This document shows positions 1-12,709 of a DNA stretch of 46,449 nt, in pieces. The stretch is from Trichoplax sp. H2. Its lineage: Eukaryota. A model generated the notes under the pieces. The model was not told the DNA's origin. It made no database searches and was given only the letters and a program-made list of their open reading frames with translations. The stretch spans positions 124,001 to 170,449 of the forward strand of contig NOWV01000169.1 in assembly GCA_003344405.1 (NCBI GenBank), given 5' to 3'. How positions within the stretch are numbered: the stretch's first letter is position 1; each line of letters opens with the position of its first letter. The translations under genes were made by a program, and so were the position numbers.

Positions 1-88
1 TAGAGCATGTCGTGATATTTTTGCATCGTTTGTAAAAATTTAAATTTTTCTATCATTACCTGAAATTCGATTTCTAAAATATTTATAG

Positions 89-1875
89 GTGAGGCGGAGT
101 TCTCAAGGACTTATAGTGAGATGGAAGCGACCGTATGTTCAAGGTTAACTATGGTAGCGCAATGTTTGCAGGAAATCATAGAATCAGCTATTCCGACAAA
201 GACATGCACTGAATGTTCCGTTAAAGTAAGGGCTTCGTTAATCCATTGCTGCGTGTTCAGTGTTCAGTTTATACTTTACCCTCACATCAATAGTAGCGCT
301 TAGTAAGCAAATTGATACTTTGAAATGCATCTTAATCTCCAAATAGTATTGCTTGCGTTACGAATGTATGAGTTGCGAACCCGTACAGGACCAAAATCGA
401 AAGTTTATTTAGAATATATTCGATTTCGAAATTCACGATCTCTCTTTTAGGGTGTTACGCGATTGTATACCAGTATGACCTTCCTTGTCAAGCATGTAAG
501 TATTCTTCAGTTTCGGCTGGATAGATTAGTAATCTTCAGCTGTTCTAGTGATAGATTACTCAACAATGAAATGTTAATACTATATTATTAATTTAATCCC
601 GTAGTATATGCAGTTATTTATGCGAAGACGTGTCACTGTCTCTGAAAGATTCGAAAATTTGGTAATAGTAAAACAAATACTAAAATATTATAGTTTAAAA
701 TATTATAGTTTTTAATCATAAACATTTTCATCATCTTATTAACTTAAATTGCAGGTAAAACTGTCTGGATTGCAAGTAACACCTAAGGTTTATGCAATGC
801 TTACATATCTTCAGGTGGATACTTTGGTACATTTACCTATTTCCATTGGTACATAAATCACTTAAAAATCTTTCTTTACAATATATATCAATAAGGCAAA
901 TCGTGCCATAATTGAAGATACAGATGATAATCGAATTAGGAAGAAACGGAAGGGGAAGAGCAATAGTTCCTCCACAACTCGCGGAAATGTAACCAATTTA
1001 ATACGCCTTACTATCTTACAGCTTTTGTTCGAAAATTTTTCATACATGATTTAAAATATCATCTAGGCTATTTCTTTCGTGATTTGATGTAATGATATTC
1101 ATTGCAGGCAGTACGAGAATCACGTGTTATTCCGAATTTAATTTATGCTATTGAAATGTACGAAGCTCATCTCATTCGTTTGGAGGCGAAATTGCAAGTG
1201 AGGTTTTTGCTCAATTTTATGCTAAAGCACCGAAAATGGAATATCCTACAGTTTGGTGCAACATTAGCATATTATTATTATTATATGCTGTATATCAATA
1301 AACTGATTATTCTGTATTTATAGTTAATTATTGTGGTAGCATGATGCTTACAGTAAAATTACCAGTACGGTAATAATTATTAAAAGTATTTTTTTTACGG
1401 TGATTATGTAGTTACTATTACTGCAGTACTGCTAGAGTACTAAGGTGCTTCTAAGATAGCAAACTTCTTGCATCACATTCATTGGCTTGTTGATTTATAT
1501 GACTTTGTTAGGTAAACCTGATGCAATATTTCAAGCGGAGTACATCTCGCGACTTTAAAATTCATGGAGCTACCTTACAGACTATAATCGACGATGATAG
1601 TGACGACTCATATGAAGTTCCAATGGAAGTCAGTTCTCACAGTCTCTTATATGTAATAATAGGATGAATTTATTACGTTAAGATACTGAACAACTGTAGC
1701 GTTTGATGAAACGATATAGCGTATAAGCGATCCAAAGTCTGATCTTTTTCTAGATTATATTTAATATTTAAGGGTTGTTTACACTTTTTAATCAAATTCT
1801 AATTTTACGGCTATCGTTTCGACCATTTTTATGAAGGTATCAGAAAAGAATCGACCAAGAAAGAAGTTAAAATAG
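89..1875 (+). CDS. FANCI: Fanconi anemia group I protein, 3' exons only (5' part lies outside the window). Approximate exons 89-225, 451-495, 755-813, 896-988, 1109-1197, 1512-1628, 1837-1875
   Basis: Spliced translation gives VKLSGLQVTPKVYAMLTYLQ ... RESRVIPNLIYAIEMYEAHLIRLEAKLQ|VNLMQYFKRSTSRDFKIHG ... RPRKKLK*. This matches the FANCI C-terminus (IPNLIFAIEQYE...VNLMQHMKLSTSRDFKI plus a basic tail). GT-AG junctions keep frame; TAG at 1873-1875. Confidence 0.93.
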
Positions 1876-3483
1876 AAGACTTGAGTGATCTGCTACCCGG
1901 ATAGTTTCGAAATGATCAGATTTTCGTGTCCTTTTAAATCATAACTAGAAGTAAAGTCCATGCATACTAATCAAGAAAATTACGCTATTTTTGTTTCTAA
2001 TCTAGTACAATTATATAATTCAGCAATTATCCTTCAATTACTTCATGTTTGTAACGGCTTTGGATATTTACTTATAAACCGTGTAATGTGACGGTGGAAA
2101 TTACTAAATTGGCCCAAATACAAGCACAATAATACTGTACGTATGATTATAATGGGTTACATGGTTAAGTAGGTAAAATCACTAGAGCTACGCGGTGTAT
2201 TCTGGATTCAGTCGAAATTTATTTAATTAAGTTAATGACATCGTTACGTTTTGTGACGTTCATGTTTGTCACTTCAAGCGTTACTATAAATTTCTTTGAG
2301 AAAAAGTTTTCGTATTTACATGTGCTCGTATGAGAATAGAATAAAATAGCCTAATGATGTTGTTTTCAATATTTCTTATCAGCATAGTTCCTTTTTTTTT
2401 TAAAGTTTTATGATCGCTAGATTAAACTATTTGATATTGGTGAATTTTTATGTAAGGTAGGATTTTATCATCCGTTTTCATTCAGTATACACTACAGCTG
2501 TATCACCAATATACTGTACATTTCAATGTACATTACAGTTCGTATTTCAATTTTTGTTGATACAATTAAAAAGAATTAGTTTTTTCATACTGATATAAAT
2601 TTTATTTTACGCCACTACAATAAAGCCTTGCATCGTCATTACCTAGATCGTAGTTTTTAGCTTATTCTGATCCAGTCCTTGGGAATCTACATTATTACGC
2701 GGTAGGTTTAGTCCGATTTGTCAAGGTTCGGAGTATACATTTTCCGATATTTAGCATACCATACGAACTGCATAGTAGCTACGGAGTGTATACAAAACAG
2801 TATACCATGTGCAGGAGAAGGAATTCCGTAAATTGCGCGTCTTGCGAAGATCCATAAAGAAACATAAGTGACCTAAGCATCATGATATCACATTCACTAA
2901 GCCGTTGCGATGTGGAGTAATATACTGTCCAGTGCAGAGTACATTGCGTAGCCTATCCGGCTGTATATCTATTTTTTTATGTGAACGCATAGACCTGATA
3001 TGTAAATATTCCTCTTTTCCTTTAAGTAGTCTTTGATAAATATCAGAGATTCTTTTTCCTTATTGTGATTGTAAACACGCGTAAAATCCAGCATCAAGAA
3101 TCTCTACAACTATTTAAGTTCATATCATAAGCAAAATTGCTACCAATATATCGTGAGTGAGCCAAGATAACACGTAAAACGCTTGAAGGTCATACTTCAT
3201 GCCTATAATTTCCATTTAGCTGCAGTTTAGTATGTAGTCTCCTTAAACTGTCTTGTAATGAATTATTATGGACATGTTAGCTAGTCACTTCCGTCCTTCG
3301 TATAATACGAAGATTATTCATTCCAGAATTGTGCTAAAGAACTATGATGCAATAAAACGAAATAACTTAAAACTATTCCATCGCTAAAATTTCTGAGGCG
3401 GCGAAGACTATCCCGTAATAAAAATAAAAAATGATCAAAAGTTCATTACCAATATCGATCTTACAAGATGAACATTTTTTTTC

Positions 3484-4332
3484 TCAGATCCGATAAGGCG
3501 CTCTCATATCATTAATCGCAGTTTCAAATTCCTTTGTACTAATCATTACCACGGAACAGTACTGAATCATTTCGTTAACGCTTGTGGAACTAATATCTTG
3601 CATCTTAACGTGATACGCTAGCTCGGCTTTATTAAATAATAATTCACATTCGGGATAAGCAAACTCAAATCCTTTTGCATCTCGGTCATTAGCTGAAAAG
3701 GTTTTAAGTATCAAGAGATAATAGTCGAATTTCATATTTTCTGTTTTTAAATCCTTCATAAGTGTATCGTATAAATTCAGTCCAATAGCCGGTGGAATAT
3801 CTAGGAAGCGTTCACATAAAAGCATGTATACACTATAGGAGGATAGAATCTTATTCATCTTCAGCGATACTTCTTGATCGGAACAATTATTCAAGCACCA
3901 AACACGAATTTCATCAATAACATTCTCTCCGTTAGCCATATTAAGAGCAGTTATAAACGCAAATATGTCTCTGTAATTTTCATCATCATTATCATCATCT
4001 CCCGATGAAATAACTACGGAACCAATATTTGCTTGAGATGAGATTAACATAGCTAAATCGTTCGTGTCAAAGTTGCATCCTAAAAATAGGCTATCTAAAA
4101 AATTTTGTAATGCGTAACTATCAGTATCTTTTATACTACATCCGCTGAATTCAACATTGACGTTGAATTCCGAATCAATACTGTCCGCGTTGCTATCTAT
4201 CTCATGGCTTGTTTCACTATCACTTGAACTTGGTGAGCGAACTGACTCATCTTGTGACGAAGCATTTGAAGTGGAACTCTCGTCCTCTTCTGTACAAAGG
4301 CGGAATTTTTTGCACTTTGGCTGATCGGCCAT
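3484..4332 (-). CDS. BCCIP: BCCIP/Bcp1 homolog, single exon, 282 aa
   Basis: Acidic Ser-rich N-terminus followed by VNVEF...D...LQNFLDSLF, QANIGSVV, LLCERFLDIPPAIG and FDYYLLILK...YPECELL, typical of the BCCIP/Bcp1 family. Confidence 0.9.
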   Translation of the reverse strand: MADQPKCKKFRLCTEEDESSTSNASSQDESVRSPSSSDSETSHEIDSNADSIDSEFNVNVEFSGCSIKDTDSYALQNFLDSLFLGCNFDTNDLAMLISSQANIGSVVISSGDDDNDDENYRDIFAFITALNMANGENVIDEIRVWCLNNCSDQEVSLKMNKILSSYSVYMLLCERFLDIPPAIGLNLYDTLMKDLKTENMKFDYYLLILKTFSANDRDAKGFEFAYPECELLFNKAELAYHVKMQDISSTSVNEMIQYCSVVMISTKEFETAINDMRAPYRI

Positions 4333-4359
4333 TCTAGGACTTAAAATTTAATATTTTAC

Positions 4360-4830
4360 TTTTGTACTGCACAATTTTCAAAAGCTTATTCGACACGGCC
4401 TCACTACTACAGTATCCACAGCAGCATGCAGAAGTGACAATGAAGATCACGGTACTGTACTGTACAGTGTACAGTATACTGAATCACCCTGGGAAACGAA
4501 TTTTGACATACTGTACTGTACAGTACTGTACTGTACTGTATGTACAAAAAAAGACAAGCAGTAAGGTTTCTACTGTACAGTGTACAGTAGTACGTACAGT
4601 ACATACGGTACAATGTACAGTACACGGTATACAGTACTGTTTGGTATCGCGCGCGGTATGATTTTTATGATTTCTTGGTCCACGATGGTCAGCTCCAGTC
4701 CGAAGAATAGGTAGTGTTCCGTTTGACAATCAGTAAGTAAATCACGCAGCATCACGAGTAGCTCGGATCATAATACTGTACTGTACAGTGTACCGTAAGA
4801 CAGCGCAATCATTATACTGTAGTACTATAT
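4360..4830. repeat. Dense CAGTA/TACTG pentamer repeat in the BCCIP-NOC3L divergent promoter
   Basis: Runs such as ctgtactgtacagtactgtactgtactgta (~4511-4540); these generate the spurious YCTVQ-rich ORFs on both strands. Confidence 0.85.
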
Positions 4831-4984
4831 TATTTCTACTACCGCATTAGTATGAGCAGCAGTTAAAGCGATACAGTTTATTCTGATATCTCGTGCAGTG
4901 TTTTATTGTATGAACAAGAACAACATCTTCCAGAAAGACTACTAATTTGAACTGTATTCTACAATACTGTAGAAGAAGATAATA

Positions 4985-7900
4985 ATGAGCAATCATTTCA
5001 CCGTTGAAGCATCTAATCAGTTGGGGTGCAGTAAAGAAATTGATCATAACTCCAGAGAAGGAAAGAACAATTATAATCATAGCAATGCCTCAAAATTTAA
5101 AAATTATCGGAAACGAAAAATGCATGAAGTTGAAGAGAGTCATGTACGCTACTTGTTACCAATTAAACGTCACGGGAAAGTTATCCAACAGAGGGCTGTA
5201 ATAAAGGGCGTAAAGGAAAGATTTTCGGGTACGTATTAATGTTAATAACTTGATACGCATTACTTTCTGAGTAAATTGCTTTTGCAGATCCTATACATCA
5301 AATCAGTCGTATAGTATTCCAGCACAGTACTGTATCGCAATCATCTCGGATGAACTTATTTAACGTGATTTACATTCCCTTAATCGGTCAAGGCTAAATG
5401 TTTTACTGCAGTATACTAATTTTAAATTGTAGATTCTGGAGAGAAGGGTACCGTTGGTAAAATGGAAAGCAGAGGTAATATTAAATGTAACTTAAAAATT
5501 ACGCATAAACAGTAAATATATGAACTAATTTCGATTCTCTGAGATGCGATGATACGAGTATATAATTATGTATTGTTAAGTGCAGTCCAACATGATGATA
5601 AAGTCTAAAGTACTGCATGATATAGTTCTAGAAATAGACGCTTCCAACGAACATACGGAAGAAGACGTTGATTGCATTGCTCAGCTGTACGTAAGAAGAC
5701 AGCAAAAACTATCTCAGAAAAAAAATACTATAGCTCAATTCGCCTGTGCAATAATAGAGAACCCTGAACAAAACGTAAGGCTATACATTTATAGCATAAT
5801 GTATAGAATGGGATGGAAAATTGTGAGACTTTGTTTCAGCTAGCTTCGTCTTGTATCTTAACGTTTAGCTTGATTCCTTAGAAGTGTTAAGAAAGATGTG
5901 CAAGGAAGACGATACTGATATTACTGTTACCATTCGAAAGTTAGCGATGGTTTCGACAACTGAAGTATTTAAAGATATTGTACCTAGGTCAATATGTTGG
6001 TTCCAATTACTGATTAATTATATTAAAGTACTAATCTAGTTGTACACTTTACAGTAGCTATAGTAATTGGAATATGAGTACTGAGCACTACACGATATCC
6101 TTTTTTATTGAGATAATATCACTACCTTGCGTTTCCTAAATGAACTGATCTTTTAAGAATCATAAATCTTTTACAGCTATCGTATTCGAGTTTCGTCTGA
6201 AAAGGAGCAGATAACTCGGGTACGTAGTACGGTATTATGACGAAGATAAAATCCTACAATATAACACATTATGGAAACTATGTAATATCTCTACATGCAA
6301 CCTACCTGTACAGTGAAATAGACATCATTGTTAATATGTTTCATATAAGATTTCTAAAGATGTAAAAAGACTAAGATTCTATGAAACTAGATTATTAAAA
6401 AACTACCAACAATTTCTTAGTACCCTGGAAGGATTTGTAACAGGTAAAATACAGCATCCTAAGATTGTAATGTATACGTTTCACCAACGAACACTTTTCA
6501 TGAATAATTAATTAGATTATAAGCCAGAAGGAAAAAGTTTTGATGTAAAATCTCAGATCGAATCCTCATTTTTATCGATGGAAAAGGTAAGAAGTTTGCT
6601 TAAGAGTTTATAGTAACACCTGGATCGTTAGTAATGTGAGATTACTTATGGGGTATTTACAGACACTGGCCACAACTGCAGCTCGCTGTTTATGTAATCT
6701 GCTCTTATCGTTGAGTCATTTTAATTTTCGTTCAAATATTTTAACAATCGTTATTCAGATGGTAAACTCTAATGATTTGGATGTAAGTTAAATGATCGAA
6801 CGATAATATTTAATTCTTCTTACTGATCTCGGAAAGTGTACATGATCAGTATCGTTAAGGTTGAAATACTAATGATTCGTAATTTAATATGATGTAGATC
6901 TCTAAATGCAGTTACGATGCCTTAAATGCGCTATATAAAAACGATGTGCAAGGAGAAATATCATTAGAGGTGCATACGAATGTAATTGACCCACTGTATA
7001 CTCAGTTGGTACAGTGCAACATACCATCACAATTTATCTTATTTGCTCTAGCTTCAAACATTAAAACATAGGGCGTTAGAGTTACATCGAAAATGGTGAA
7101 ATCTAAAAATTTTAACATAAAGGAAAAGGTAGATTTGATCGCTTATCTTGCAAAGCCTTGGTAATTAATTTTAGAATTAAAACTTAGATTCGATGAACTA
7201 GGTACTGGACACTTTCTTGTTTCTGCGTTTCTCGCACGAACGACTGCATAAGTATACAGTTGAGGAAGTTAGCGTTAAGGAAAAACGGGTTATACGTAAG
7301 CATGAAAAGAGGCAAAATTTTAGAAAAGAACGCAAGGTTTTTATGGCTTCATACCGAAATTTCTATGAGATTATGATACTAAATTCAATATCATTTCATT
7401 TGTTTCTGTATCAGCTACGAAGTGATGCTAGAAAACTGCAGCAAGACTTATTTGCGGTTGAGGGAGGCGAGGATGAAGAAAAACGAGCTAAGATTGTATG
7501 TTTATCCGTATAGATCTTATTCCTTATAAAGACGAGATTTTGTAATTCAAGATAAAAGTTTGAATTGCTTAATATAAAATGATTGGCTCTGGATGTGATT
7601 ATTCGACATCCGTTTCCACCTTGCTAAACTTAATTTTCTTTGTTAATTAAACATTTATATCAGGAAACTGAAATTCTCGGTTGCATGTTTTCAATATACT
7701 TTCAAGTACTGAAATCCGATTCAAAATTGAAACTGTTGTTGTCGGTACTAAAAGGCATTGCAAAGTAAGTCTCTTTGATTGAATTCTGATGTAATAAATC
7801 ATATTTCGATGACATTACCTAATTACTTTCAGATTCGCCCACTTGATAAGTATAGATTACTTTGAGGATTTAATGACACTTCTAGGACACCTGCTTGACA

Positions 7901-9447
7901 CTCAGGTTAAGGAATAAAGATTGTAATACTTTATCTCTGATCTGTTACTCTAACGCTAGAATAAGCTCTCGTACTAACAGTTATAATACATGAAAGCAGA
8001 CCTTGAACAAAAATCAACAAATCGCCTGCGTTCTAACTGCTTTTAAGATTTTAACTGGGAGAGGTTTGACTTATTAACCTTTCATTTCATATCAAACTAC
8101 AATCAATTACAGCTAATGATCTACTTTTCTCAGGAGAAGCTCTAAGCATTGATCCGCGTCGTTTTTATGGAAGCATGTATAATATCCTCTTGAAATTACC
8201 CTTAAATGGTATAATTAATAATTTATAGTAATGCACGTATGAGGAAATTCTTTTCGTCGGCCTATTTAAATATCATAATGATAACTTTGGTATGTTCAAA
8301 TGTTTGTTTTAACGTGGGAAATGTCCTATTGGATTTACCATAAAGGTTACAAGAATGATTTCTTATTGCTTATCGAGTGTTTGGAATTGATGTTATGTAG
8401 GAAACGGAACCAGGTTGGCGAAATAAAAGAGGAGTTATTATGATCTTTAGCCTTTAAGTTAAAACTGTAAATATCTGATAGTTAATTTAGGAATATGACC
8501 TATTTATTATAGGTAACTGTTCAAAGATTATTTGCTTACATTAAAAGACTTTGTACTACATCTTTGTTACTGTTTCCAAACGAAGCTATACCTTTACAAT
8601 CTTTAATTGGAACTCTATTGCAGGTAATTCTTATATTGATGTCATCGAAGGTACCATGAACACTTTTTAATTACAGTTATTATACTTGAAGTTTATATTT
8701 CTTTCTTTTGGAAAGATTCATCCTAAAACCGAACAGCTATTAGAAAGTGATGGTACAACTTGGAAATTATTTCTCCCTCATGTTGAAAAATGGGAGCCTT
8801 GCGATGCAAATATTACAGTTTTATGGGAATTAGCCCTGCTGAAAGTAGTTTCTACTTTGAACCTTTTTGTGAATTATTGAAATATTTACTATTTTATGAT
8901 CATTATTTGTTGTAGGTCCATTACCATCCAACTTTATCTACTTACTCAAGATATTTATCTCGTGGTGCTTCGTTAATTGGGCAAGATAGCTCGGATCAGT
9001 CATTGTCACGCAAGTAAGCAAAAGAATATTTCTCTTTTTAACCAATATACAGTAATTATATTATCTACTGTTAGCTGCAATCGATCGCTAAGAAATTATT
9101 CCCACACCAAAGGCGTGATCTTTCAATTTCAATCATGGAAATGAAGAATACTTTAATATTCATTTTCGATTTTGTAGTAATCCAGTTTTACTTTATGAAA
9201 TGTTTAACAATCGTGGATATCATCCTACATTTCCGAAGGAGAAGAGATGTCATTTCAAGAAGGTACCATCACAACACTTTTCTCCAATGTGATTCCTCGT
9301 AGCTTTCTGTAATTGATTAAAACACTTAACACTATTTCTATTTTATAGGAATATCAGGATTCCAATGTTACATTTGATGGGATTCAATACACTCAAACAG
9401 ATTTGTTAAAGCTGTTGAATAATATCTACGATGACGAATCGATGTAA
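4985..9447 (+). CDS. NOC3L: Nucleolar complex protein 3 homolog, about 20 short exons; start codon provisional
   Basis: Exon translations LLPIKRHGKVI, KNTIAQFACAIIENPEQN, RKLAMVSTTEVFKDIVPS|YRIR, LLLSLSHFNFRSNIL, VLKGIAK|FAHLISIDYFEDL and GEALSIDPRRFY match NOC3/CBF-Mak21 motifs. Last exon 9349-9447 ends in TAA. Confidence 0.92.
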
Positions 9448-10467
9448 CCCCATAGAATGTTTCTGTTAGATTTATTCATTACTTTTAATAAATAAAAAAA
9501 CAAGCGGACAACTTTAACTCTGTTTAGAAAATACTAACTGCTTTCTTTATTCAGCTTACGCATTTCGAAACGGACGTAATTAATCAAATATTTCAGATAT
9601 ATTTATGCTTCGGAATCTTAGCCAGCAATTCCTTGTGTCTTTACTTTTAGTAATCAAACCCGCCCTAGCCATACTTCGCGTACTGTACTGTACTGTACAG
9701 TGTGTATGTATGGTACTTGCACTTTTGACTTTATATGTTATCACTAACTGGATAGTGGTCTATTCACTTTCTTGATTCCAAAATTTAGCTTCAATAAATA
9801 GTTGACGCATACAGTCTACTCTAAAAGTGAAGCCGTAATGTAACAGTTAATTCTTCATTGGTATAATCAATAAGAGAAGGAAAATTACGCATCTGGTTGG
9901 ACCTTGTTTATTAGATAAGCTACGGACAGTTGTGCTAGTGCATTTTAAACTTAATTCGATATGTAACGAATTTAAAGATTCAATAATATTCGATGATTTT
10001 AACATCAAGACTGCAGTAAGTACAGTACAATGTAACGGCCACAGTTTTTTATCTGTTTATTAATTCATAGGTTAATAGCCAGTTCAAACGACAGAGCAAT
10101 AACAACATGATACTAATTATTATTTATTAATTATATATATATATTATAATTATCGGCTGTACGTGTACTACAGTCGAGTAGTAATACGGCACTAAGAACA
10201 TTTTAAATCAATATTTCTCGTAATCTGGTAATGTAAATAGTAACACTTTATTATCATTAAATAAGGAGAAAACTATTCGAAAGTATTTCGTACAGTATGA
10301 TTTAAGATTTTTACTGATAACCACAGAGCGATACCTTGAAGATTGTGTCTTAAATATACAATTTTTCAAAGCTAATAAAGCAAACTTTTTAATACAGAGA
10401 TCCTTACACTATTATGATGCTTTCGTAGTAACACTTAATTTAGGTAACGTTATAAAGTAGAAGGAAA

Positions 10468-11940
10468 TTAATCGAAGCCTTTCCAGTCACTTGAGTCTGA
10501 GTCATTATCACTTTCAATAACACCAATTTTATGTACTCCATCCTTTAAAGAAGGAGTACCTCTGCCTTTCCCCATTATTTGCGCTTTAATGATAACAGTC
10601 AGGTATTCATTATCTAATAACTTGCTAACGTTATCAGATCTTGAAATCTTTTCTCCTTTGTAAATAATAAAGTGCTCCCTAAATAGACCTTCCTTGATTA
10701 CAGCTAATTCAGCCCCAATTGTATAACATTTCTTAGCGGCATTATAAACAATATGAGAAACCTTAATGTAAATGTTTTGCATCGGAGGTATAACTACATG
10801 TTCCCCTAATATGTCTAGTAAATGAAAGACGTAAAAAGTAGCTTAAAATGACTGTTACATTTTCTGAATTTTTAAAAGATAGCATCTAAAAAGGACGCCG
10901 TCTGTTACTGTCCTATTTTGAACTTATGAACTTACGTAACAAATTACGTGTATCGTATGTTTATTATATAGTTTCGTAATTTCAAACGGTTTCGATAATA
11001 CCTGGAATATCAAATTCTATTCGGTATTTATGCAGGACCTTTAAGAAGCCAATATGAGCAAAAATTTGTGAGTTTCCCTTTGTAGTGATGTTAATGGTGG
11101 TGTCGTCAGAAATACTGCCAATAAATTGCACTCTGTGAACTGAAAACAAAGATTTACTGAATAGTGGAATAACTGTCCTTTGTGTGCCGTTTACCGTACT
11201 GTACAGTATACCATAGTCAATATGCGGGTATATAGTGACAAAAAGTATAAATGATCGACACCCAGAGATGAAACCAGATAGCAAACTAAAGATCTTGCTT
11301 AGAGTACAGTAAAGCAAAGTTTGGAGTCGATCAAACCCCATATGCACGCATTCCTTATATGATCGTACAGTAGAACAGTCCACATTAAAAATACAGAATA
11401 CAGTACAAGAAGTCAGGAACTAACCGCCAACTACTCTACTCAGTTACCTTATTAATACTACGTACAGCCAATTCGATATGTCACACTGCCTGTCCAGTAC
11501 AGTACAGTACAGTGCAGTGTACAGTAAAACATCACGTACTATACACAGTATGTACAGTATGTGTTACAGCCTTTACTTTTTAGTGGTCTCTAACTAAAAT
11601 GAGGATAAAGTAATTGCATGGTAGTAGTACTGTACATATGTATGTGAAGCAGTGAAACAACATACTGTACTACAGTATAAATAACTGAGTTTCGCCAGTG
11701 CCTTACCAAGTACAGTATTACAGTAAAATCGTAACCGTTAGGAGTCCGGTCCAGTCCGGGATCACGTTCCTATTTTAGTGTACAGTAGAGCTGTAGAGCT
11801 GTATAGTATAATACTGTACAATGTAGATGTAGTGTAAAGTAAATTATGTTATGTTTTACATGCTCATACGTAACCTTCTGATTAGTATCCGTTTTAAGTT
11901 TATCGTTTCAACTTTTCTACCTACCTTCGTCTTCTGCCAT
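10468..11940 (-). CDS. ADISSP: ADISSP/C20orf27 (UPF0687) homolog, three exons: 11940-11925, 11139-11002, ~10814-10468
   Basis: Spliced MAEDE-V-HRVQF...AHIGFLKVLHKYRIEFDIP...QIMGKGRGTPSLKDGVHKIG...DSDSSDWKGFD*, matching family motifs GFLKILHRYEITF and GTPMLLDGV...DSEHSDWHGFD. Both introns are phase 1, GT-AG. Confidence 0.88.
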
Positions 11941-12114
11941 CAGTAAATATTAGGTAAATATTTTTAGAGGGTTATCAACGCGCTTTGACTTTTGAAAAAC
12001 TCCTTACTGTCAGAAACGTACTCAAATATTTAAGTATAATGAAAAGCACTTTTCAACAAGCTAACAAATTGGAGTCAGTGGACAAGCGGACGTGAATCAA
12101 CAACCGCACCAACC

Positions 12115-12605
12115 GTCATACTGTACTGTAGTACAGACTGTACACTGTACAGTACAGTAGTGTAGTGTATTTATTAGTACTGTACAGTACAGTACTGTTC
12201 GTCGGTTCAAGTCACATTTTTTCAATTTTTTTTCCTATTTACAGTAATGTACAGTACTGTACAGTATTGTACTAACTGTACTGTACACCATACGAGAAAA
12301 AAGTTGTTTGAATCATTGCCTACCCCCTCTTATTATACTGTACTGTACAGTACAGTACACAGTACAGTACTGTACAGTACTGTATGCTAAAATCAGGGTA
12401 CTGTACACTGTACAGTACAGTACGGTATGCCAAAAATACAGTACAGTACTGTACAAAAAAGTACAGTACTACAGTACTGTACAGTCCTAGCAGTACAGCA
12501 GTACTGTACACTGTACAGTATCTCATCGGCATCCAACTAGAGGGGTCTTCATGATCCGGTCTGGTGGTAGCTGTATTGTATATTGTACAATACAGTACTC
12601 TACGT
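12115..12605. repeat. Dense CAGTA/TACTG pentamer repeat in the ADISSP-CNNM divergent promoter, extending into ADISSP intron 1 (~11490-11830)
   Basis: For example tactgtactgtacagtacagtacacagtacagtactgtacagtactgta at ~12336-12384. Confidence 0.85.
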
Positions 12606-12709
12606 ACCAGGGACTTCTAAGGGAGTTCTAGCAGTAATTACTCTTGTAGTACGGTAACGTTTTCGTACTAACTTACTGAGTTTCAAATTCCGTTGTTTGA
12701 CCAATATAC

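Noticed and set aside
2600-2970. Slightly GC-richer stretch between FANCI and BCCIP
   Set aside because: The frames I read are interrupted by stops and show no recognisable motif.
4362-4755. Overlapping YCTVQ-rich ORFs (also 12308-12532, 33242-33540, 34165-34938)
   Set aside because: Translations of the stop-poor CAGTA/TACTG repeat on both strands; no domain or splice support.
10982-11383. 133-aa ORF with a GTG start as the ADISSP N-terminus
   Set aside because: Only 11139-11002 is homologous. An upstream ATG micro-exon at 11940-11925 splices in frame.
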